Below, piece after piece: positions 1 to 11,698 of a DNA stretch of 64,000 nucleotides; position 1 is the stretch's first letter; each line of letters starts with the position of its first letter. Origin of the DNA: Saccostrea cucullata (Eukaryota); contig NW_026936221.1 in NCBI RefSeq assembly GCF_032062105.1, positions 1-64,000 on the forward strand. Reading direction: 5' to 3'. The notes beneath the pieces were generated by a model that searched no databases, was not told the origin of the DNA, and saw nothing but the letters and a program-made list of their open reading frames with translations. Made by a program: the position numbers and the translations under genes.

Positions 1-244
1 TCTACTTGTGTGCCTAGTTATATTGAAATCAGACCAAAACTGTAGAAGGTGTAGCGTTTTTAAGGAATTTCACAGAAATATCTATTTTTAGTAACCATGG
101 CAACATCGTTCATCAAAATAAAAAACGGATGCACTATTCTATGTATCTTAGTGTAGTCTACTTGTGTGCCAAGTTATATTGAAATCAGACCAAAACTGTA
201 GAAGGAGTAGCGTTTTGAAAAATTGTTTACAGACAGACGGACAG

Positions 245-282
<38 letters not shown>

Positions 283-346
283 GGACGGACGCCGGACGCA
301 TTACTATCGCATAAGCTCTTCTGGTCTCTGACCAGTAGAGCTAAAA
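1..346 (-). mobile_element. Terminus of a Helentron-associated non-autonomous element (HINE/pearl-like), cut by the window start
   Basis: ~156-bp internal repeat (1-62 recurs at 157-218), (ACAG/ACGG)n microsatellite ~228-292, terminal inverted repeat agctcttctggtc..gaccagtagagct followed by aaaa. Confidence 0.7.
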
Positions 347-2414
347 ATCAACATGTTCATATTCTTCCTTATTAGTCTAAGATCTTATGCTTCATTGAAC
401 AACAAAATGTACAAGTAGTACTTTAAACTCTGTCCGTTTTATGCACGTGATAGTCTGAACATTCATTGGCAAGATCGACATATATATCGATCTGCAAATG
501 TTGTTTCATCAGAGTACTCTAAAAGTCTGTTTATACAAATCTGTTTTGGAATTGCCAGCACATGTTGCGGTTATAGAGGCACACACGGTGAAGCAATCCT
601 CGTCTGAAAGCGACTTGAAGGTAGACAAACTCCTTTTTACCGCCATGCTGTCAAACATACCGCCATTCTGTCAACATTTAACGAAGTTCCTAATCTCGAT
701 CATCAACACGCTTTATACAATTGGGGAAAGGGAGAATCAAAGCGTCTAAATAACCTAACACAGGTTTTGTTGAAAAAAGCTAAACGGATAAAAACGGATA
801 AAGATACGAATCAAATAAAAAAAACATTTTTGTGAAAATTGAAATAAAATATTTTGAGTCGGGCTAATTTTCGCGGGTCGGTCTGCTAAGGGCAAACAAA
901 CAATATTTTAATTTAGGCCTAAATAGAACTTGTTTACGTCTAACTTTACCTGAAAACATTAAGATGTTTATCTGATGTAATTTTAGAAACAGATTTTTAT
1001 CCAATCAAAATCTCTGTGCGGGATCAGCACCAACCGTTCCATGAGTAAGTTTTCCACTCAGCGAGCTACCTTGTGTTATAACATGTATACTGTGGGTTAA
1101 AAATTTAGTACTGAAACAAGTCCCTTTGGGCAAAAAATATGAACAGAAACTCACGTGAAATACTCAAATAGATCTAAATAGATCTTAATGCACAAAAAGA
1201 TAATCCACAGACATACAAAAGGTAAAACTTTACTGAAAAATAAGTATATTAAAAAAATATTTACCCAAACAAAATGGATGCAGCCACAAGATGATGTTAG
1301 TACCCATCTAACACTGACAAAACTCCTCCTCTACAATCAGCTGATAAAAACATTATCGTACTTGGATTCAAAAAAATTCTGTAAACAAATTAAGGCAAAA
1401 GATGATTACAAAACTATTTCATTCGGCTGAAAATAAAACACCTAATTTTCCCTCAAAATAAACAAGAAACAGATGACACTCTGATTTGTTTACCTGTACT
1501 TCAATCGAAATTTTCCAGATGGACACTCGCACCCAAATTTTTATGACACCGTAAGTCGATAAACCATTCTATACTGGAACAGTTATTGAGAAGGCTTCAT
1601 CTCCTTTATTCAGTCTTGGTGCCGTCAAAGACTGCAAATTACATAAAAAGTGATTAGAAATTACATAAAAAATGACTGACACAAAACGTTGACTATATTA
1701 TGTATCATTTATGACCGAACCGAGTTTCCATACTTTTACTTTTAACAGCGATCTACTACTAAACAATAAACACAAGAAAGTAGTAATAAATCGGCAAGAA
1801 ATCATCAAATTATCCTTATAAATATACATACTCGAGTATAACACACAGTGACTAGATTAGTAGATGGTATAAATCTCCGAAAATGATCTGAACACAAACC
1901 ACGTGCTTAGCCTTACACAAAAACCAGGTCATTTTGACAATGCAAAAATAATACTTAAAATTTCTGAAACATTTGACATTACAAGGTTTGCGTTTTAACA
2001 CATGATTTCTTAGATCTTAATATTATATCAAATGAAAGTGTACTTACACTATAGGGCTACAAAGTCACAATCCAATTGCACGTGTAAAATATGGCGCTTG
2101 CCAAACTACGGGAAATAACTCTTGAAATAAACAAAACAAAAAGTTAACTCGTACATAGTTGATTCGGAGACATTACACATTCCGCTTTTAAAGTAAAACT
2201 ATTTAACAGTCCCCGAAAGCTTTGCGTAAACCAGAAACATGCTAAACTCAATACACAAATCCATGTCAGGCATGTGCTAGGTACCCCAGAAGTGAGGAAC
2301 CCCGCGAGTTACGTGACAAGCACTTTCAGACTCTTGACCGAGTTTTCTCAGCATTTGAAATACTTCCGGTAAAGGGAGAAGTAATTTAAAATGGAATTTA
2401 AATAAAAATAATGA

Positions 2415-2852
2415 AGAGAGATATCTCTTTGCAATAAAGAGATATCTCTTTTTGCTTGGGAGATATCTCTTGAAGACACTTTTGAGAGATATCTCTTTCA
2501 CTTTGAGAGATATCTCTTATGATAAACTTAGAGAGATATCTCTTTTACTTAAAGAGATATCTCTCAAAGTGAAAGAGATATCTCTCTAGGTGAAAAAGAT
2601 ATCTCTTTTGATGAAAGAGATATCTCTTTAACGTTCAAAGATATCTCTTTTCACGAAAGAGATATCTCTCAAGGAGAAAGAGATATCTCTTAAAGCAAAA
2701 GAGATATCTCTCTAAGTATAAGAGATATCTCTCTAACTTAAAGAGATATCTCTTTCTTATAGAGATATCTCTTAAAAATAAGAGATATCTCTTTAAGTTG
2801 GGAGATATCTCTATTTTTTAAGAGATATCTCTCTAAAATGAGAGATATCTCT
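2415..2852. repeat. Array of 21 palindromic GAGATATCTC motifs with variable short spacers, probably internal to a non-autonomous DNA transposon ending ~2905
   Basis: GATATC cores at 2420,2441,2462,2488,2509,2535...2745 (21-bp steps),2764...2844; terminus-like aataaatagtaaaagggcttgccata at ~2881-2906. Confidence 0.85.
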
Positions 2853-4099
2853 GTAATTTGAAGATAAAATTTATTTTCCGAATAAATAGTAAAAGGGCTT
2901 GCCATAGAAGGGCTTGTCGCATTTTGGGATTTTTCTTAGGACATATCTTAGGAATATCTAAAGATAGGTCTTAGGATTCTGAGGAATATTTTCGTACGCG
3001 AATCTAAAATTCTCTTTAAGCAACAGTAATTATGCCTTTTGTGTCCCTTTTCTGAAAGGTAAAAAGTCTAACATTTTCATCATACTAATTCGATGACTTT
3101 TAACAAACAAGCAACTATGACAATATGGTGTTCATTAGACAAACCCATAGTGCCGAAACAATTACCCCATGTCGAATCAATTTTTGTGTTTTTGCAGAAA
3201 TAAACCTTAAATTGTGGAAGCTATTGATGCATTCGGAATTTGAAAAACACCATTAATCGTATGATATTGACTGAATAGTCTCTGAATTATTTTGAGTGCT
3301 ATAAGGTATCCAAATCAAACACACTTGAATATAAACAATTAAGCACCATTATAGTTCTTTTAAAAAGATGGAAATTGACCGTTGTTGATCCAACTAAAAA
3401 GGTCTCCCATGTCAGTAAATTGTGTACAATATCCTGAAACACGATCGATAATACAGATACAGATTATTAGGTACATCTATGTAAATTGCTAAAGAGATTT
3501 ATAGGTCCGTTATTCATTAAAATCTAAAGGGTTGATATAATATATAATACTAAGTAGTAACTTTTTCTCGGTAGAGAAAAAAATCCGCCAAAGTTAAACG
3601 TTACATCTCAGTTCACCCCCAGATCGATCTAACATAATGATTAATGCTTAAATTGTTTGTTTTTTTCTTTTATTTTTAATGACTACGTCTTAATAAAAAG
3701 TGTAAAGATGATAAATTGCAAAAATCCAGATAAGAAAACAAATCATAATCAGTGGAAAACACAGACCCTTTAAAAAAATCATGAGGAGGAGGAAGCATTT
3801 CTTTTCGGCTGGTCAGACCCACCTAAAGCATCCTGTATTTACTTAATTAAAAAAAAACCTCACTACTTAAAATAAAGGATGTTGACGACAAATAATTCAT
3901 GATATCTCATGAATACAAATTTCAAAGTACCTTTGTGTAGAATCGAAATGATTCAAACAAAGTACTTTGGTAAATGACCAATCGTAAGATATGATAATAT
4001 CCAAATTGTTGTTTTATGAGAAAAGCTGTTTTTTTCTTTGATGCAATCAAGGCTAGATTAAAGAGTAGTTGTAGAAAAGGTCGCATAATCGCAGTTATT

Positions 4100-4600
4100 T
4101 AAGGAATCACTGTCTAGTTAGGAGGGTATGTCAGGGCATCAACAATAGTGGGAAACATGGGATAATTTGCATAACGGGCGAAGCCCGTTATGCTTAAATT
4201 ATCCCATGTTTCCCACTATTGTTGATGTCCCTGACATACCCTCCTAACTAGACAGTGATTCCTTATATTTCCATTTCATTGTGAAATAAAATTGTAGATT
4301 TAGACTTTAAAAATGTAGAAAATTAGATTTAAATCACATGATGACTTCTATGCCAATTTCAATAGTCCTCGCCAACCGACGTCAAACACAAAGGCAGCCG
4401 CACGAGATTTACATGCATATTTGGCCTCTTTAGCGTCAGACACAGAGACAGATGCGCACGAGAATTGCATGCGTATTAGGCCTCCTTAGCTCCCGACCTA
4501 TCGACCTGCCTAATTTACATTCCGGCAGAATTATCAAGAAATAAACTACCCATAACTTTCAAAGAGTTATCACAGAGAAAAAAATTAGAAATGGAAATAT
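4100..4600. mobile_element. Insertion made of a ~166-bp near-perfect hairpin plus a second block bounded by inverted repeats
   Basis: 4100-4265 palindrome centred on GCGAAGC (4178-4184); ATATTTCCATTTC (4265-4277) and GAAATGGAAATAT (4588-4600); absent from the paralogous G2 flank (~16520-16545). Confidence 0.7.
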
Positions 4601-4793
4601 TTTCAAATGTACGATTCGATCGTACGTCATAAATTTTTGAAAAATATAGTAATTTCAAATTCTTTAAAATTCTTCAGAGTTGTGACATTATTCTAATTCT
4701 CGAATATGTTGTTGTACGAGTAATTTCGACTTAAAACAGGGGTTTTTTTTTGGAGTGAAGATAGATTTAGTTTTACATGTCTGCGTATATTTA

Positions 4794-4950
4794 CAGAAAA
4801 ACTCGTTTAGTACGAACACGGATATTGCGAATTTATGGATATAGCGAAGTCATCTTGAATCCCAAGCCATTTCTTATATGGTTATAACGAATTACGGATA
4901 TAACGAAGTAATTTCATAGGTCCCAGCGACTTCGTTATAACCGAGTTTTG
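4794..4950. mobile_element. Short Tc1/mariner-type MITE
   Basis: TA flanks, imperfect TIRs cagaaaaactcg / cgagttttg, internal ggatata(g/a)cgaa repeats. Confidence 0.55.
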
Positions 4951-5525
4951 TATATTGCAGTTCTACACTGTACGATAAACTTTATTGTAAATCTCATAAC
5001 TTGTTCTAAAAAATACAGATAATGAACAGCAATCGATTTTAAAAAAACTACAGCAAAATACATCTGTAAAAAGGACCAAAACAAAAAACAAAACACGGAC
5101 CCTTGGAAATTCTAGAGGTTTGGTTAGGTGCCTTAGAGGATTAAGCGTGAAATCCTTTTTGAAATTTTTTCTACAAAAATTAAAAATTCTGGAATTTTAA
5201 ATCACAGTCTGAACACTGGACACAGAGAACATACCTTGACACAATAGAAACTGACTTAGTGGAATAACAAACAACTATTTCATTGCAAAAGGCATATATC
5301 AAAATGCTACGAATTTTAAAATGTTTAATGCAGTCAAACAAAATTTCCATTACAACTAGTATTACAACTATACATTTTTAGCAATAAGCTTTATACAGCT
5401 ACATACATGTATATGCAACTAAGTCCGGTTTTTAAATTTCCAAAACAAAGCAAAAGATAAGAAGAGGAAAATTCCCACCATGATGTCTAAATGTTTCATT
5501 CAAAATATGTTGAAACAATCCTCCT

Positions 5526-6794
5526 TCACGTTAATGTTATTACTAGGATAAACCACTGAAAGAAAACAAAGATGTAAAAATAGTGCATCATCACTCTGTC
5601 ATATCCCTCCGCTAAAATCTTCCAAGTTACCTTCTTCTCTGCCTCAGTATCTTGCTCATCTTCGTTAGGAGCAATATATTTCTTTTCAAAACTTACATCC
5701 AGTTCCGCAGATTTGTCAGCGACTTTAGCCTTCTTTTTTCGTTTTCCACAGATGTCGTGCAAGAATCGGAGTCGAAGCACATTTAGCACAAAAACACTTT
5801 TACTTGAGACGTGAAAAGTAGGGTCTCTGAAATGAAAACGCATCGTTACAACAGCCAGAACGCTTATAAGTGTGCTCATCGACATTGTTATTATTAAGAA
5901 ATATGACATTAAAGACATTGGCTCTGAAGATTTAGGGATATTGTCACTTAGCAATGTCATAAACACGGCAAATGACAAGAAGATGGTTATAGCATAGGAT
6001 ACACGTTCTCCACTTTCCACTGGTAATGCAAACACTAGAGGGTTGAGTAAGGACAATAAAAGGATAGGGGCTAACATGTTTATGATGAAATAAAGAGATT
6101 TCCTCTTCAAAATTAGTCGAATTTCAATTAAATTATCAAAATGTTCGAGAACAGCCCGTTTCATAAGTGCCTTTTGTAATGTCCATTGGGCATTCGGGGA
6201 GTAGTACGTCGTATCCGCGACTGTCACACCATTCAAGGGGATTAATCTCACTTCATTTGGATAATATCCCCACGGTGATAAAGTGAATGAGCAAGTTTGT
6301 GTATCAAATGGAAATTTATACATATCAACGTTGCAAAGAGTCTGAATCAGACCAGCAGGTATCCATCTTGTAGTTCCGGTGTAAGAAATTCTCCCCAAGA
6401 AGTCTTCATCTCCAAGGGCTTCCATTTTATTTGCTGGGTCAATCAAAAAGATATTAGGAATCCATATTTTTTCCTTGGGAACTGGGATTTCTTCGATGTC
6501 ACCATAGTTGCTTGGTGTCCAAGTCAATCGAAAATCCTGCCAAAACATACCAAGGCCACAAACAATTGACAACACACCAGAAATCTCATCAAAATCATTT
6601 ATTGAAAAAATCATGGGCATAAGAGCGACCTCTAAAGCTTCTGAAAAGTTCGCTTTTGGTCGGATTTCTTTAGAGTAGTTCTTGAAAACCTCTTGAAGAA
6701 GTAATTCAGCGTCAGTATAAAGACCTTGAACATTTGTTAGTGATGTTCCTGAAATTAATAGCAAAAACAAACCCAAATTAGGAACTTTCTTCAT
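5526..6794 (-). CDS. G1: nAChR-like Cys-loop ligand-gated cation channel subunit, non-alpha (no vicinal cysteines), single coding exon, 422 aa
   Basis: Signal peptide (..TNVQG), NYSKEIRP, WIPNI, Cys loop CNVDMYKFPFDTQTC, LKRK pre-M1, M1-M3, GER before M2, DR before C-terminal M4. Confidence 0.96.
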   Translation of the reverse strand: MKKVPNLGLFLLLISGTSLTNVQGLYTDAELLLQEVFKNYSKEIRPKANFSEALEVALMPMIFSINDFDEISGVLSIVCGLGMFWQDFRLTWTPSNYGDIEEIPVPKEKIWIPNIFLIDPANKMEALGDEDFLGRISYTGTTRWIPAGLIQTLCNVDMYKFPFDTQTCSFTLSPWGYYPNEVRLIPLNGVTVADTTYYSPNAQWTLQKALMKRAVLEHFDNLIEIRLILKRKSLYFIINMLAPILLLSLLNPLVFALPVESGERVSYAITIFLSFAVFMTLLSDNIPKSSEPMSLMSYFLIITMSMSTLISVLAVVTMRFHFRDPTFHVSSKSVFVLNVLRLRFLHDICGKRKKKAKVADKSAELDVSFEKKYIAPNEDEQDTEAEKKVTWKILAEGYDRVMMHYFYIFVFFQWFILVITLT

Positions 6795-7489
6795 GATCCA
6801 CTCAAGCTGTCTATTTTGAAATTAAACAGCTATCTGCACACAAATGGTCGATCGTCGAATAATAGGTATGAAATGTAACTGCTGTGTTTCCGTTCACTCT
6901 AATGTTCAGTTCATTTTTTATGTTGATTAGTTTGAAATAGAATTTATAAACAGTCCTCGCTAAAATTCAGTTGTCTCACTGTATTTTAAAAAGAAAAACA
7001 TCCCATGAACAAATATTAATCAGCAATATTTGTTATCACGCTTCAAAAGATAAATGAAATAAGGTCCGACTTGCTGTAAATATTAGCACAGTACTAACGA
7101 AGTCCTCTATTAATGTCTTCACTAAATATCTTTTTTAAAATAAATTTGAATTAGGATGATCTTTTTGATATTTTCTATTTGGGGCGTGTGTAGCCAATGT
7201 TATAAGCCGAGGAATCTGAAATAAGATAAAACAAGGCATCCGACAAGTACTTTTATAGTTCAGCTTCGATCTGCTGCAGGCAAATTGTCTGTCCATCTAG
7301 CTAGGTATTCTATATGAGCCAATCAATGGTTATGATGTGATATCTGAGATTTGGAAGATTACAATTACATTCATAATTATATTGGACACATTTAAAAGGG
7401 TCCAAACCTCCAACAACAACAAAATCAGGACATCAGTAAAAAAAAATTATATAGCAAGATCTTGAGTGTCAAATATTCAAATGTTAAAT

Positions 7490-8780
7490 AGTAAATGTTC
7501 AACCAAGCCTCTTTCGTTACTCCTCTCTAAGATACTGACAGTAGTGAAGGAAAAATTCAAAAGTACTGTGCAACAATATACACAAGAAGTGGTGTGAATC
7601 AGATGTGGGACTCAAAAATTCTAAAGAACTTTTGGACTGGACAATTTGAAATCACAAGATTTTACCAAAATCAACAGCTTAAAAACTTACGACTTTTCTA
7701 CTTTATACACCACCATTCCCCATGATAAATTAAAACCCAGGCTTTTGGATATCACCGACAGCTGCTTTTTCAATAAAAATGGAACTCGTAAATTTACTAA
7801 CCTGGTCATTGGTCATTTGCAAAATTATTTGTTAAAACACATTCTGATTGCACACACAAATACTAGCACTCTGAATTGACATGAAAAAGATGCTTGAGTT
7901 TTGAATTGACAATATCTATGTGGTCTTTGGAGATCAGGTCTTCCAACAATCTATTGGAATTCCATGGGTACAAATTGCGCTCCATTATTAGCAGGCCCAC
8001 TTTATATTCATATGAAGCAGAATTTATGCAAAATCTTATGCGTGCAAAGAAGAAAACACTGGCTGTGGCCTTAAAACTCGACATTTAGATATATCGACGT
8101 ATTGCCAATTAACAATGGTAATTGTCGATACGATATACTTGTATCCTGGTGAGCCTGAGATAAAACATACGACAGAGTTTGACACATCTGTTTCATAGTT
8201 GGATATTTTACTTGAAAAAGACTTAATGGTAATCTAACAACCAAGTTCTATGGTAAACGCATTGACTTTAACTTTTCAATCGTCAAGTTCCCTTACTTAT
8301 GCAGCAATATACCTTCAATACCTTCATCACCTGCTTACTGGGTTTATATCTCTCAGTTGATTCGATACGCAAGACCTTGCTCTACGTATGAACAATTTCT
8401 AAGAAGAGCTATATTACTGACAAACATGTTGATGAAACAAGACTATCAGCAGTCTTGTTTAAAGTAATGATTTCGTAAGTTCTATGGTCGATGCATGACC
8501 TTGTCAGCAAATACAATTTATCATGGGACAAATGCTGACTAACGTTTTTCATACTTATTGTTGGTCCATTATACACTGAATAAACGATTAATTTTCCCGT
8601 TATAACCCGATAATGACAAGGAGCACACGGCGGGTGTGACGGTAGGCAGGGGATGCTCACTCCTCCATAGCATCTGATCCCACCTCTGATGTTTTGGAGG
8701 TCGTGTTTCCTCTGTTTCTATTTATGTATTGTTTTATGGGCTTTGATATTGAATACTGTTCGTTACCTCCATATTCTTTA
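7490..8780 (+). mobile_element. Degenerate 5'-truncated Penelope-like retroelement (RT and 3' end)
   Basis: Frameshifted RT motifs TYDFSTLYTTIPH, GIPMGTNCAP, YSYEAEF, FRYID, SQLIRYAR; conserved 3' motif cggcgggtgtgac...ctgatcccacctct. Confidence 0.88.
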
Positions 8781-10308
8781 TCACTAACTCTACATTTGTG
8801 TCAAGCTCAGACTTTTAGCATTTTTTTTGTTATTAGCTAATGCAAGTAATAAATTGAAAGAATGCAAATAATTGTGAGTTTTAATATTGACAGAAGAAAT
8901 GCTGAATGAGTTTGAACGCTATCAGCTTTCCAATCAAAACGTGTATTAACGATTTAATAGAATCAAATAGATACGATAATTCGGGTTTTACCTGTTCATC
9001 AATGATTATTTAAAACAGCGGAAATTGATTGAAACGAGAGATCGTCCAGACGTCATAATCTTTCAAACCAGTTGAAGTATTCATATTCACCATCGCACTT
9101 TTTAAAAGGCAGCAAATAATCACTTATATTTGTTTAAATCATTCTCGACATCTAACCTTTTCTTTACGAGAATTATTCGAGTCAATCATAAAGATTTAAG
9201 CATATCTTAAAAATGGCTGAATTTAAATTATTTTTACTCACCATTTTGAAATATAGATGTTGTATCTTATTAATTTGAAAACCACTATTTACACACTGAA
9301 TTGTGTACGGATTATTCCGTTCTTCTCGACCATGACAATTAGGAGCAGAATATGCTCATTCCTTCATGGCACCTGATCCCATCTCTAATGATAATAGGTC
9401 CATATCTGCTCCGTTTTGTAATGTTTGAGTGGACTTATCAGCTTAACTAGTGTTCGTCCTCTCCATATTTCAGTAAGAGAAAAACATTTTCAGAGTTAAA
9501 GAATGAAAGTGAAACATATACATATAGTCTGAATTATCATGATTTTAATCTAATCACATGTCAGTCCGTCTTTTCAATCAGAGGCGTAACTACGAGGGCT
9601 GTTCCATAAATAATGTCCTGAACCGTATTACATACAATACAGATATCATATGACATTAAACTTGACTTTCTCTCATTATTGAATCTTTACTGAATTTACA
9701 ACAGTTTATGTGACCACTTTTCATCACATAGTTTCATCGTGAGAAGCTGGAAAACAAGGGCTATTCGAGACACTGCATTATCAATGAATGGTAAAGAATC
9801 AGTAAACTAGAGTGAAAATGAAAGCTACATTAAAGCTGCTGTAAAACTTGTTAAAAATCCCAAAGAAATATTCACTGAAATATGTGACATTTACAGCAAC
9901 CGATGCCTGTTTTTATAGACAAATGATCAGGTGGATTTCAATGATAAAAATTATATAATGGGCATCAAAGATGGGTACCCTCTTTGCCAACAAAAGTTAT
10001 AACAACTTTTGTACTGATTGCCAAAGGATGCGGTGACTTGCGGTGTAACGTTGAATTTTGACCCGGGTTGAAAATTGACCCGGGGGTCATTTTTCAACAT
10101 TGAATACTGAGACCGAAGGTGTTGAATTTAGACCCTAATCCGTTGAAAACTGAGCCGGGTCGTGGAATTTTGATCATGAAACCGGTTCAAAATTCAACAG
10201 CATAAAAACACATATTTATGATTGGGTTTTCACTACTGTGATTTAATTCATGGGTATGAGACCCCGTTTTAGTATTTACTGCAAAAAGTAGTATCCCCTA
10301 TTTGAATA

Positions 10309-10712
10309 AGTGATATCACCTGTTCCAATACATGATATCACCTATTTGATTTGAATTTGTGATATCACCAATTCGAAAAGGTGATATCACTTATTCGAAT
10401 TGGTGATATCACTTATTCGATTGGGTGATATCACCTTTTCCCGTCGAACAGCTGTAGTTTTTTTTTGCTTACAAACTAATTTATTTCACTTATATATCAT
10501 GTATATACAACAAGAAAATCGTAAAAATGAATGAAAACTGGGTAGTCCGAATTTTCTTGGTTCCAGTGTAGTATAATATATATTATAGGGAGCATTCATT
10601 AATGACTGTTGTAAGAAACTCAAAAAGGTAATATCACCTTTTCGAATAGGTGATACCACTTATTGAAATAGGTGATAGCATCTATTTAGCACGGAAAGGT
10701 GATATCACCTTT
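10309..10712. repeat. Array of palindromic GTGATATCAC motifs, ~22-bp period
   Basis: GATATC at 10312,10334,10361,10383,10405,10427; further degenerate copies ~10628-10710. Confidence 0.75.
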
Positions 10713-11698
10713 AATTCTAAGCTCTCTGATTGGCTCAAACTTGATCTGTGATTCACATGATTAAGTATATAACAGCATAAAGACTTGAGTTACTATTTAT
10801 AGAATCTGAAATGCATATTGATTTCATGTTTTTTTTCTTGTGATTATATAGTTTACTATATTGCAGGAGTCCTTTTAGAAAATTTCATTAAAGTGTGTGA
10901 CACCCCCCCCCCCCTCCCTGCCTGGAGATAATTTTTTGTAAAACAGAAATAGTATTGATTTCTCAATTAAAGATAATACAGAGTATGACTTGATGTTTCT
11001 GAAAAAAAAAATTACTACAACTTGTATTAAAATTTTTTAATGTTCCGTAATTGGTGAGACGTACCAATGCCTTTAAGTCTTGAATTAGGATCAAAATGTA
11101 CTTTATATTAAAACATATTGGATATCAAAAATTGATACAAGACATAATCAATTAAATAAATTTGTATTCTGAATAACTAAATCCTCTATAATTACTCCAT
11201 TAATGTATAAAACGAAACATATTTATTTAATATTAAATAGCAACAGCTTAATTTATGCTGATCTCTAGTCTCTAAGTCTTGAAGAGAGAAAACTTCTGCC
11301 TTATTCCCAATATTTTCAAATTTTGTTTTGTCAATCTATGTGATAAAATGATTTATATTCGATAATAATGTTAAACTTTACATTCCTATTTAATTGAGTT
11401 TACAACCAATTCTAGTTTAATTTGTCATATTTCCCAGAATGCAATCATGGCAATTATTGAAAAAGAATTAAAAAAACATCGCATAGGAGATCATAGAGAT
11501 AAAATCATGTTATAAGATGAGAAGTTTAACGAATAGGAATTGTATTTTTTTTTCGAATAGAAATGATGGTAGTATGTTTTCGAACAACAACTTTATTGCA
11601 TATAAACCAAATAATCATCGATTAAAAAAGATAAAATTATCGAATATGAATGACAAAATTAGCGACTAGCAACCAATTGTTTTAAATATTAATGACAT

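Larger units (their letters stand above)
3864..9590 (+). repeat. Segmental duplication unit carrying G1; paralogous to 15418-21400 carrying G2
   Basis: Collinear similarity of 3' flank, CDS, 5' flank and the Penelope-like relic; unit-specific insertions interrupt the alignment. Confidence 0.9.

Noticed and set aside
2415-2852. CRISPR array
   Set aside because: Repeat is only 10-14 bp and spacers ~9-11 bp, no cas genes, eukaryotic context
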